This document shows positions 1 to 8,160 of a stretch of 64,000 bases of DNA, piece after piece. Source of the stretch: an uncultured Candidatus Saccharibacteria bacterium. Its GTDB lineage: Bacteria > Patescibacteriota > Minisyncoccia > UBA6257 > UBA11618. The stretch's first letter is position 1. Each line of letters opens with the position of its first letter. The position numbers and the translations under genes are program-made. The stretch lies in NCBI GenBank assembly GCA_964362125.1, contig CAYICS010000001.1, forward strand, positions 18,052-82,051, written 5' to 3'. A model generated the notes under the pieces. The model searched no databases. It was not told the DNA's origin and saw nothing but the letters and a program-made list of their open reading frames with translations.

Positions 1-206
1 TTCCGATTTTCTTTAGTAGGCGGCCTAACGCCGCTATTTTTCAAAGCCGAGCTGACCCGCTCTTTAGCCTCAGAAAGCGCCTTATCAGCTAAGCCAACGA
101 TATTAAAAGCATGAAGACCGACATGCAAGTCGGTCTCCACTTCTACCAGTCTGGCTTCAACTCCTTCCAGCGCCGCGGCATAAACCCGCGAGAAATTAGT
201 GCCCAT
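1..206 (-). CDS. comM: Mg-chelatase-like AAA ATPase ComM/YifB family, N-terminal part only (gene continues beyond window start)
   Basis: Minus-strand translation from the ATG at 204-206 gives MGTNFSRVYAAALEGVEARLVEVETDLHVGLHAFNIVGLADKALSEAKERV, the characteristic ComM/YifB N-terminus. Not in the ORF track because it is a partial, edge-truncated ORF. Confidence 0.6.
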   Translation of the reverse strand, partial: MGTNFSRVYAAALEGVEARLVEVETDLHVGLHAFNIVGLADKALSEAKERVSSALKNSGVRPPTKENR

Positions 207-534
207 TTTTACACTGCTTGCAGTACCAGGACTCGGGATCGGCTTCTAAAACATCCATCCCAATCTCGCCCCGACACTTCTCACAGCGGCCGTAACCACC
301 CTGATCAATTTTCCTCAAAGCGTCATTAACAGCGCCCAGGCGCTGTTTTAAAGAGAGGCGGGTGGCGTTATTAACTGTCAATTCCTCGGCCTGATCAGCT
401 TCTTCATCATAAGAACGACCTTCGACATCAGTGCCCATATTAGTCACCATCGGATGATGACCCAATTCTTCTTCAAGATAGGCCTTAGTTTTAAGCAAAG
501 TTGTTTTAAATTTTTCCAGATCCTGAGGCGTCAT
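196..534 (-). CDS. DksA/TraR-family C4 zinc-finger protein
   Basis: 112 aa with a C-terminal CxxC...CxxC motif (CEKCRGEIGMDVLEADPESWYCKQC) and a DksA-like coiled-coil N-terminus. Confidence 0.6.
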   Translation of the reverse strand: MTPQDLEKFKTTLLKTKAYLEEELGHHPMVTNMGTDVEGRSYDEEADQAEELTVNNATRLSLKQRLGAVNDALRKIDQGGYGRCEKCRGEIGMDVLEADPESWYCKQCKNGH

Positions 535-743
535 AGAGTTATGTCAATAACTTTAATCAAGTAAACGATTTTGTCAATGGTTTGTTACAGTTTTATCGAT
601 AATAATCGACGCTCTTTGCTCCTCACTGGCAAAAATGTAACCTAAAGCAAAAGCCAAAGAGATAATTAAAATTAATAACAAAATTTTATAAAGCCGCGCC
701 TGCTCCAATTTCAGCCATTGCCAGAGTAAGTGGAGGCGCCGCC

Positions 744-1328
744 TCATCGCCAGGCAAAAGGATTGTCGATGCCGCTGGCGCTGAAGTGAACATGGCAACC
801 GGTTTCGCCCGTAACATTGCCAGTCCGCCCCACCAAAGCAATTGGTTCACCAGCTACCACATACTGCCCCACTGCTGCCAAATTTTTCTGATTGTGGGCG
901 TAACTGGTGCCAATACTATGACCGTGATCGATGGCCACCAGATTGCCATAGCCATGATTCCAGCCGATACTGGCTTCACTAACCAAACCACTGGCGGCGG
1001 CGTAGATAGGATTGCCGCAGCGGCTGGCGATATCAACTGCATTGCCATCGTGCAACTCACCCCAATTGCGGCCAGTAGTGGGAATAGCCAAAGCCACCTC
1101 TTTGGTCACAGGATTAATAAATTCTGCCGGGCCGCTGGTGGCTTCAAGGGCTGCCGGCGTGCTCTCTAAAGAAAGAATGGCCTCTGTCTCTCCCGGCCCG
1201 CCCAACTTAACAGCAGTTGCCGGTTGCTGGAAGTATCCAAAAAATAGTAAATTTAAGAAAGAGGCGGCTAAGACAAAAACAGCCACTAAAACGGCTTTCC
1301 TCGCCAAAAAACCTAATTTTCTGATCAA
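744..1328 (-). CDS. M23 family metallopeptidase (murein endopeptidase) with signal/TM anchor
   Basis: Hydrophobic N-terminus; M23 motifs HGHSIGTSYAH and GETGCHVHF (the HxH motif). Confidence 0.65.
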   Translation of the reverse strand: MIRKLGFLARKAVLVAVFVLAASFLNLLFFGYFQQPATAVKLGGPGETEAILSLESTPAALEATSGPAEFINPVTKEVALAIPTTGRNWGELHDGNAVDIASRCGNPIYAAASGLVSEASIGWNHGYGNLVAIDHGHSIGTSYAHNQKNLAAVGQYVVAGEPIALVGRTGNVTGETGCHVHFSASGIDNPFAWR

Positions 1329-1340
1329 CTTACTAATACC

Positions 1341-3278
1341 TTGAAATCTAGCAAATTAAACCCGAAACAGCAAGAAGCGGTCAGCCACGGCTCTGGGCCG
1401 CTTTTGATTGCCGCCGGCGCCGGCTCAGGCAAGACCCAGACCCTCACCAACCGCCTCCAATACCTGATTAATACCCTCAAAATACCACCGGGAAATATTC
1501 TCGCCATTACTTTCACCAATAAAGCCGCTGATGAGATGAGAAAAAGGGTTCACATTGGTCAATTGTCAAATACTAAAGGTCAAATGTCATTTATAGGGAC
1601 TTTTCATTCTTTTGGAGCGAAAGTTCTCCGGGAAAACTGTCATCATTTCAACCGCACGCCCCGGTTCACCATCTTTGATGAAGACGACTCGCTGACGCTC
1701 TGCCGGCAAGTCTGCCGGAATCTTAATCTGGATAAGGAGAAATATAACCCCATCGATCTGGCGGGGCAGATTACTGAATTTAAAAATGAGTTGATCCGGC
1801 CTGACCCGACCACAGTCGAAGGCAAAGTCTTCTACGATTATGAAGCTAGTTTGGAAGAAAATAACGGCTTTGATTTTGATGACCTGATTGAAAAGCCGAT
1901 TAAACTATTGCGGGAGAAAGCCGGGATTTTAAAAAAATATCAGGAGCAGTATCAATATATTTTGATTGATGAATATCAGGATGTGAACGCGGCCCAGTAT
2001 CAGTTGGTGAAATTGCTGGCGGGAGAGCGAGCCAACCTCAGTGTTGTCGGCGATGATCAGCAGGCCATTTACGGCTGGAGAGGCGCCGACTTCCGCAACT
2101 TTCTTAACTTTGACAAAGACTGGCCAGCGGCCAAGGTGGTCCTGCTGGAAGAAAACTACCGCTCCACTCCCAATATTCTCCGGGCAGCCAACGAAATCAT
2201 AAAAAACAATAAATTTCAGCGACCGAAGCGCCTCTGGACGCAAAAACCAGAAGGGGAGCCGATCGTCCTTTTCGCTGCTCAAGAAGAACACGAAGAGGCC
2301 GATTGGCTAGCCGGAAAAATCCGTCAACTTTGGCAAAACCAAGGCCATGCGCTGGAAGGCATCGCCCTTATTTACCGCACCAATGCTCAATCGCGGGCCC
2401 TGGAACAGGCTCTGATTGCTGAAGAAGTCCCCTATCGTATTTTCGGCGGCATCAGATTTTACGAACGCAAAGAAATTAAAGATATCCTCGCCGGCCTGCG
2501 CCTGGCCCAAAACCCCAAAGACCAATTAAGTATCGAGCGGCTAGTCAAAAATTTCCCTCAAAGCAAAACCAAATTGCTGGTGGAACAATTGCCGCGGCTG
2601 GCTCAGGAACTAACCCTGATCCAGTTAATCAACTACTTTCTCAACCACACCGACTATTTTCAATATCTGGAACGCCGCTTCCGCAACTCTGAAGAACGAG
2701 AAGAAAACGTCAAAGAGTTAATCAATTTTGCCGCCAGCTTTGTCGACCGGGGCTTAACCGCTTTCTTGGAGCAGGTAAGTTTGGCTCAGGCCCAAGATGC
2801 TCCGGCCGGGGAGCGGGGAGTGAACTTGATGACCATTCACCTGGCTAAGGGGCTGGAATTTGATACGGTTTTTATCGCCGGCTGCAACGAAGGCACCCTG
2901 CCTCACCATCGCTCTTATAACACCGAAGAAGAATTGGAAGAAGAGCGGCGGCTGATGTATGTGGCCGTCACCCGGGCCAGCCAGCGGCTCTTTCTCTCTT
3001 TTAATAAAATCCCCTCTCGCTTTCTCTATGAAATCCCGCCGGAGCTGGTTCTCTTCATCAACCAAAATGGCCGGGCGCCGGCTCGCGGCCGCGAAGGCTG
3101 GTCAGCCGGCCGAAGCCCTGGCGAAGGTTGGTCAGCCAGCCGAAGCAGTGACGGGGGCTGGCCTGCCAGCCGAAGCGATGACGGGGGCTGGCCTGCCAGC
3201 CGAAGCGATGACGGGGGCTGGCCTGCCAGCCGAAGCCTTGGCGAAGGCTGGGAGGAAGAACTGTGGATTGATTATTAA
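1341..3278 (+). CDS. uvrD: ATP-dependent DNA helicase UvrD/PcrA with a repetitive C-terminal extension
   Basis: TTG start; Walker A GAGSGKTQTLTNR, UvrD motifs (DEYQD, GDDQQAIYGWRGA, YRS, VAVTRA). The C-terminal ~60 aa is built from 30-nt tandem repeats. Confidence 0.85.
   Translation: MKSSKLNPKQQEAVSHGSGPLLIAAGAGSGKTQTLTNRLQYLINTLKIPPGNILAITFTNKAADEMRKRVHIGQLSNTKGQMSFIGTFHSFGAKVLRENCHHFNRTPRFTIFDEDDSLTLCRQVCRNLNLDKEKYNPIDLAGQITEFKNELIRPDPTTVEGKVFYDYEASLEENNGFDFDDLIEKPIKLLREKAGILKKYQEQYQYILIDEYQDVNAAQYQLVKLLAGERANLSVVGDDQQAIYGWRGADFRNFLNFDKDWPAAKVVLLEENYRSTPNILRAANEIIKNNKFQRPKRLWTQKPEGEPIVLFAAQEEHEEADWLAGKIRQLWQNQGHALEGIALIYRTNAQSRALEQALIAEEVPYRIFGGIRFYERKEIKDILAGLRLAQNPKDQLSIERLVKNFPQSKTKLLVEQLPRLAQELTLIQLINYFLNHTDYFQYLERRFRNSEEREENVKELINFAASFVDRGLTAFLEQVSLAQAQDAPAGERGVNLMTIHLAKGLEFDTVFIAGCNEGTLPHHRSYNTEEELEEERRLMYVAVTRASQRLFLSFNKIPSRFLYEIPPELVLFINQNGRAPARGREGWSAGRSPGEGWSASRSSDGGWPASRSDDGGWPASRSDDGGWPASRSLGEGWEEELWIDY
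3091..3250 (+). repeat. About 5 tandem copies of a 30-bp repeat (ggctggcctgccagccgaagcgatgacggg-like) encoding GGWPASRSDD units at the UvrD C-terminus
   Basis: Direct reading: three perfect copies and two degenerate ones. Confidence 0.8.
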
Positions 3279-3293
3279 ATACGCTATAATAAA

Positions 3294-3980
3294 ATGATGC
3301 TCAAAAGAATTCTGATTATTACTCTAATTTTAACAACCACTGTTTTTATCGCCTTTGCTCAACCCGGCAGTCAGATCCAAAAAACGACAATCGAAAAAAA
3401 CATCGAGGAAATACAGTACCTAGGAGATTCTCTAAAAGAAAGAGTTAAATTAGTGGTCGACGGACAAATAACTGAGGCCAGAGAAAGAAAAGAGATGATG
3501 GAGGCCGGACGACCTCAAACTAATATCATTGGTCACGAAAGGGTTTTAGACAACTTCATCAAAAAATTACCCCAACCAAAAACAATCGATCAGCGACTGG
3601 CTTGGTGGAAAAAAGTAAAGGAGAAAATTGATCAATTAACCGAGGATAAATCTTTGGCCAATCACCTCCAAGCCCATGCTAATCGATATCTGCTCAATAA
3701 AGAATTTGATGAGGATGTGGGCCGCTATAACAATCTCCTTCGCGAACTCCAGACAAGGGGTTATCTTAAAGGCCTCTCCCCAATGCTAAAGTCTGATTTA
3801 ATAAAAACTGCTCAAGAGGCAGAAATAGCCCGCCTCCGCGCTGAACAAAGACGGCTGGCCCGACAGCAAGCAATCTCTCCACCAGCTACACCCAATATTT
3901 TCCAAAGATTTTTTAACTTCTTCACCAGACCGCCGGCCTTGCCCGGCGGCGGAGGCGGCCCCCGGCGGATTGGGAGATAA
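3294..3980 (+). CDS. hypothetical secreted coiled-coil protein with C-terminal PALPGGGGGPRRIGR tail
   Basis: N-terminal signal peptide, helical charged body, Gly5 and basic C-terminus. A protein with the same C-terminal motif is at 46423-47205. Confidence 0.4.
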   Translation: MMLKRILIITLILTTTVFIAFAQPGSQIQKTTIEKNIEEIQYLGDSLKERVKLVVDGQITEARERKEMMEAGRPQTNIIGHERVLDNFIKKLPQPKTIDQRLAWWKKVKEKIDQLTEDKSLANHLQAHANRYLLNKEFDEDVGRYNNLLRELQTRGYLKGLSPMLKSDLIKTAQEAEIARLRAEQRRLARQQAISPPATPNIFQRFFNFFTRPPALPGGGGGPRRIGR

Positions 3981-4084
3981 TGCCGCACCGACTTGGTCAA
4001 CATTCCAAAGCTGATTAAATTTGTTAATGAGAAAGGCTTTGATGAAAAACGGGCCTGGAAGACAGAATTTGAAAAAAATGCGGC

Positions 4085-4576
4085 CTAGGAATCTAGACCG
4101 CCTCTCTCTCGAATCTCTGCTATGATCTCAGAACAAGGAGCGAATCCAAGAGAGAGAAAATTCTCTAGACAATCGCCCTCAAAATCTGGCAATCGTCCCT
4201 CTCTATCTAGATCCAGCTTCTGCCGGGCTTCAGAAAAGAATTTCTCCCAAGATTTGAGAAAAAGTTCAGCAATGGCGATTACTTGTTCTTCACCACCACG
4301 ATTGATGATTTCGGGGATTATCCCCTGATCATCTTTCTCAATCTCGGGAATCGGGTCAGTCTCAAACGGCGGCACTCCGCCTAATTTGATAAGCCGACCC
4401 AAGTCAACCCTGTTTTCCTGAGACAGTCCTTCACCTAACGCTATTCTTGGCTTTAGTTCGTTCAAGAAAGAAAGCCAAGAGGCGCACCAGCCGGTCGCGA
4501 GATTAAGCAAAATCTCGTTTCCTTCCCGAAGCACAATGTCAATCTTTCTCTCCCAAACTGTCATGTCAATAGTCAT
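4085..4576 (-). CDS. hypothetical cytoplasmic protein (163 aa)
   Basis: Long ORF with no recognisable motif; divergent promoter-like TTGTCA/TATGAT sequence in 4637-4665. Confidence 0.3.
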   Translation of the reverse strand: MTIDMTVWERKIDIVLREGNEILLNLATGWCASWLSFLNELKPRIALGEGLSQENRVDLGRLIKLGGVPPFETDPIPEIEKDDQGIIPEIINRGGEEQVIAIAELFLKSWEKFFSEARQKLDLDREGRLPDFEGDCLENFLSLGFAPCSEIIAEIRERGGLDS

Positions 4577-4680
4577 AAACGATTCCTCCCTTATTCGAGA
4601 TTGGTTGAGAAGTACTAATTTAATTATAACAGAGAATCTGGCTTTGTCAATTGCAAAACGTGTGGTATGATTAAAATCTA

Positions 4681-5031
4681 ATGAGATGTTATTTCCTCCT
4701 TCTATTGTCTATAACGTTGTTTTTCTTATTATCTATACCACTACCAATTCACTCCCAAGGAAGTAAGCAGACTGAACAACCCGGCCGGCCCCTCAGACCA
4801 AAAGACTCTCTTGACGATATTGAAACAGCCCGGAAGGCACGCCTGCGTCATGAAATTGAATACAAAAAGAAGCTCGCGGAAATTAACGAATTAAAAGATC
4901 GCGAAAAAAATTTAAAGCAAAGTATCGCGGCTCGTATCAGGTATCGTGAGGAATATTTGAAAACGGTGCGCGGTATTTCAGAAAAAGAGAGGGTAAAGCA
5001 AATATCTTTACTTAATAAAGAGATAGGGTAA
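4681..5031 (+). CDS. hypothetical small secreted coiled-coil protein
   Basis: Signal-peptide-like N-terminus (LLLLSITLFFLLSIPLPIHSQG), Lys/Glu/Arg-rich helical remainder. Confidence 0.35.
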   Translation: MRCYFLLLLSITLFFLLSIPLPIHSQGSKQTEQPGRPLRPKDSLDDIETARKARLRHEIEYKKKLAEINELKDREKNLKQSIAARIRYREEYLKTVRGISEKERVKQISLLNKEIG

Positions 5032-5113
5032 TATCAAAAACAGTTTGAGAATCTCACAAGTGATATAGCAGACATTGAAGTTAGGACTGCGCCGCGATTA
5101 AAATCTCTAGAAG

Positions 5114-5143
5114 TTGACAAAAGCTGCCTTTTTTATTATAGTT
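5114..5143 (+). promoter_or_regulatory. sigma70-like promoter (TTGACA, then TATTAT/TATAGT) upstream of the 5180 gene
   Basis: TTGACA at 5114-5119 and AT-rich -10 candidates at 5134-5143; a strong SD (AGGAGG, 5167-5172) precedes the ATG at 5180. Confidence 0.3.
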
Positions 5144-5179
5144 CTGAATAGAACAACCAACAAACTAGGAGGTGATTAG

Positions 5180-5755
5180 ATGACAACCGCTATGATAAAG
5201 TCGCCGGGAGGCTACTACTACGATGCGGCTACCGACGGCAAAGGCGAAACGGGGATTGGTGTTTTGTGGCTGGCGGCATATGCTGATCCGGCTCGCATTA
5301 CCGATCTGCTTATCGAGCTCATTAGCTTGATGACAGAGCCACTGACCGTAACCTTGGAGGCCGAGATCCCTAATCTAAGCCTCAAGGAAAAGTTTACCTG
5401 CCGGAAAACGTCAGGCCAGAAAATCAAAGCCGCCCTAAAGGACCATCGCCAACTTATCGAAGGAGACTTCCATTTCAGTCTTCTTGTAGAAGAAAACAGG
5501 GATGAGGGCCGGGCCGTCTACCTTACCCAAGAAAAGTTCTTCTACATCTGGAGCGACGAAGCCGATTCAAAAAATCCCCTTCCCAGCTATCAGCCTTTTG
5601 AGACGGCGTTTTCCCGAAAAGGATTAGTGCCGAACGAAGTCAATTTTGAACTTTACGATGGCTTCGATGGCCGCCGTCTCCTGCAGAATCAGCCTTGGCT
5701 GTTCTCTGCTGAATTTCACGATCTGGTGCAAAGACTGAAGGCAGAAAAAGTCTGA
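5180..5755 (+). CDS. hypothetical protein (191 aa)
   Basis: Clear RBS aggagg, ATG start, followed by an intrinsic terminator. Confidence 0.5.
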   Translation: MTTAMIKSPGGYYYDAATDGKGETGIGVLWLAAYADPARITDLLIELISLMTEPLTVTLEAEIPNLSLKEKFTCRKTSGQKIKAALKDHRQLIEGDFHFSLLVEENRDEGRAVYLTQEKFFYIWSDEADSKNPLPSYQPFETAFSRKGLVPNEVNFELYDGFDGRRLLQNQPWLFSAEFHDLVQRLKAEKV

Positions 5756-5757
5756 CG

Positions 5758-5798
5758 TCAGTCCATCTCAGAGAAAGGAGGGTGGACTGATTTTTTAT
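5758..5798 (+). terminator. rho-independent terminator
   Basis: tcagtcca ... tggactga stem followed by TTTTTTAT. Confidence 0.5.
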
Positions 5799-5816
5799 AT
5801 TTGTCATAATTAGCTT

Positions 5817-6800
5817 GTGAGACTAAAAGCGGTCTTTTTGTTGGCTCTAATTTTTATATTCTTACTCTCGAACTCTTTTTTTATAGCGGTAGTGAGAGCT
5901 GATGACTATGTTTTCCCCAAAGAGCTGGATATGTGGTTAGAGAGAAAAATTGTTGAATTAGAAAGGGCCAAGCAGCCCTTGCTAAAAAACTATCGGGAAA
6001 ATAGAAGGAGGATCGAGGCTATTAATCAGACAATTAAAGACCTGCGAGAAGCTAAGGGGGTCACCGAATTTCTGCTCGATCCCAGCGCGGCTGCTGGAAT
6101 GGACTTGAAAAATATAAAAGACCCCCAAGAAAGAAAACGACAATTGGACTTACTTCAAGAACGATTGAATAAAGATCTTGCTCAATCAGATAAACAAGAA
6201 AGGAATCTGCTAAGGAGCGACAAAGCCACGTCTCATCAAATAGAGAATCTTCACCGAAGCCGAGCTCAAGCAGATGGTTTAAGAAAATATTTGGAAAAAT
6301 TTAAGTCGGGATTGGCCAGTCTCGATCCAGATCAATGGAAATTTAATGCCAATACTAATTGGATAATTGAGGGTCTGGATGATGCCTTGGGAAGAATTGG
6401 CTCGGGCCCCGGCGGTTTTGTTGAAGGAGTTCGCCATGGTTTAAGAAACTTGGCTTTTGGTGAAGAGGGTTTTATTGATCTTAAAGTGGTCCAAGCTGAA
6501 TTAAAAAAGTTGACTGATGGTCTGAGGAAAGCCGGAGAATATAATGTTGGCAAACCGATTATTAAGGTAATTCGTGTGGGCGGAAGAGCTCTTCTGGTTG
6601 TCGGAGTTATTGCTGACGCCGGCTTTACCATCCTTGATATCTATACCTTTGAAGGAGATTTCCTTCACAAATTGGCCTACGCCGGCGACCAATTTTTCTA
6701 TATTCCTTTTACCCCGAAGATTGGACTGACTGAGAATTTATTTAAAATCAGCGCCGGGGGCGGGATTTGGATTCACTTAGACAAAAAAAAGAGTGGTTGA
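5817..6800 (+). CDS. hypothetical secreted protein: N-terminal TM/signal, long coiled coil, Gly-rich C-terminal domain
   Basis: Hydrophobic N-terminus LLALIFIFLLSNSFFIAVVRA; a charged heptad-like middle; GSGPGGF...GGGIWIH near the C-terminus. Confidence 0.4.
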   Translation: MRLKAVFLLALIFIFLLSNSFFIAVVRADDYVFPKELDMWLERKIVELERAKQPLLKNYRENRRRIEAINQTIKDLREAKGVTEFLLDPSAAAGMDLKNIKDPQERKRQLDLLQERLNKDLAQSDKQERNLLRSDKATSHQIENLHRSRAQADGLRKYLEKFKSGLASLDPDQWKFNANTNWIIEGLDDALGRIGSGPGGFVEGVRHGLRNLAFGEEGFIDLKVVQAELKKLTDGLRKAGEYNVGKPIIKVIRVGGRALLVVGVIADAGFTILDIYTFEGDFLHKLAYAGDQFFYIPFTPKIGLTENLFKISAGGGIWIHLDKKKSG

Positions 6801-7197
6801 GTTATTGAAACAAATCGAAAATTTGGAAAAATGCCTTAAGGCCTATGAAGGCTCGGGCGGCGGCTATTGTGAAACTCCGCCTCTTTTTGGTATTGGCGAA
6901 AAACGAACCAAATTTATTAATACCAAAGAGGAGGCGGCTGAACAAGAAGAATACCTAGACCGCTACTATGAACAATTGCTTAAGGCACTTGACGATTTGA
7001 AAAAACATAATGCTGAAAAAGAAAAGCCGACGTCAGAATCGTCGCGTCAAGAAAAAGAGGACGACCCGCCCTTAAAAGACCAAAACCTGATGCCCCCTAT
7101 TCCAGCTTATCCATCTAAATCACCAGGATTAACAACTTACAATCAAGATCGGCTTGGACGCTGGCTTAACTTCTTTGATCGTCTGTTGTTTAAATGA
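6793..7197 (+). CDS. hypothetical acidic protein
   Basis: ORF overlapping its neighbours by 4-8 nt (operon-like coupling). Confidence 0.3.
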   Translation: MVELLKQIENLEKCLKAYEGSGGGYCETPPLFGIGEKRTKFINTKEEAAEQEEYLDRYYEQLLKALDDLKKHNAEKEKPTSESSRQEKEDDPPLKDQNLMPPIPAYPSKSPGLTTYNQDRLGRWLNFFDRLLFK

Positions 7198-7940
7198 AAC
7201 ATCTCGGTCAGCATTTCCTTAGAAATCACTCTGCTATTAAAAAAATAGCGGCGGCTTTGGAATTAAAAGAAGGTGATGTCGTTGTTGAAATCGGCTCCGG
7301 ACACGGGGAGTTGACCAACGAATTAATAAACCACCCTATCGAAGTCACCGCCATAGAAAGAGATAAAAACTTGGCGAAAACCCTTGAGTCAAATGTCAAA
7401 AGTCAAAGGTTAAAGGTTATTGAAGGCGACATTCTAAAACTCCTCCCGCAACTCACCTACAACCTACAACCTATCACCTACAAGCTTGTCGGCAACATTC
7501 CCTATTACCTCACCGGCTATTTATTGCGCCTAATAGGGGAGCTGGAATACAAGCCGTCGCTCATAGTTTTCACTCTTCAAAAAGAAGTAGCCGAACGGAT
7601 TGCGGCTAAACCGCCCAAGATGAATAAATTAGCCGCCTCGGTTCAATTCTGGGCTGAGCCGGCAATTATTGATTATCTCCAGCCCGCTGATTTTTCCCCG
7701 CCGCCAAAAGTACATTCGGCTATAATCCGTTTACGCCCTAAACCCCATACCCTAAACCCTAAACCCTATTATCAAATGATTAATCTGCTATTCAAACAGC
7801 CAAGAAAAACAATCAAAAACAACCTCCGCGGCACAGGACTGGAAAACCATTTTAAAACACTTAACCTCACCGGCCAAGAAAGACCGCAGGACTTAGATTT
7901 AGAAAAATTAATACAACTATCTCAGTTTATAAAACTCTAA
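7194..7940 (+). CDS. rsmA: 16S rRNA (adenine1518/1519-N6)-dimethyltransferase KsgA/RsmA
   Basis: HFLRNHSAIKKI...VVEIGSGHGELT SAM motif, NIPYY motif, C-terminal RKTIKNNL. Contains in-frame heptamer arrays (cctacaa-like at ~7458-7490; CCCTAAA at 7736-7769). Confidence 0.85.
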   Translation: MKHLGQHFLRNHSAIKKIAAALELKEGDVVVEIGSGHGELTNELINHPIEVTAIERDKNLAKTLESNVKSQRLKVIEGDILKLLPQLTYNLQPITYKLVGNIPYYLTGYLLRLIGELEYKPSLIVFTLQKEVAERIAAKPPKMNKLAASVQFWAEPAIIDYLQPADFSPPPKVHSAIIRLRPKPHTLNPKPYYQMINLLFKQPRKTIKNNLRGTGLENHFKTLNLTGQERPQDLDLEKLIQLSQFIKL

Positions 7941-8160
7941 ACTCTAAATAAAAGATTTAGGGTATAGGGTTTAGGGTTTAGGGTATAGGGTATTTATAAA
8001 GCTCTAAACTCCAAGCCCTAAGCTCTAAACAAACTCAAAACTCAAAAACGTTTTTGGATTTTGGATTTTGGTTTTTGGAATTTGTTTAGGATTTAGAGCT
8101 TTAGTTTATTTAAGGTTATCCACTAACTACTCACTGCTTCTTAACTTATAATTAAGAGTA
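7937..8160. repeat. Intergenic spacer built entirely of degenerate heptamer tandem repeats (ctctaaa, tttaggg/tataggg x5, aaaactc, attttgg x3 ...) arranged as a long imperfect palindrome
   Basis: 7-bp register holds for about 180 bp. Symmetry centre at aaaaacg|tttttgg (~8048). Contains a telomere-like TTTAGGG run. Confidence 0.8.

Noticed and set aside
111-329. Plus-strand 72-aa ORF at the window start
   Set aside because: It overlaps, on the opposite strand, the conserved ComM N-terminus and the DksA-like gene, and has no features of a real gene.
7937-8160. The heptamer arrays as a CRISPR array or as a true chromosome end/telomere
   Set aside because: The repeats are 7-nt units with no unique spacers of 25-40 bp and no cas genes, so this is not CRISPR. 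Normal genes continue on both sides in co-linear operon context, so these are internal repeats rather than a linear-replicon terminus, although the TTTAGGG motif identity is noted.
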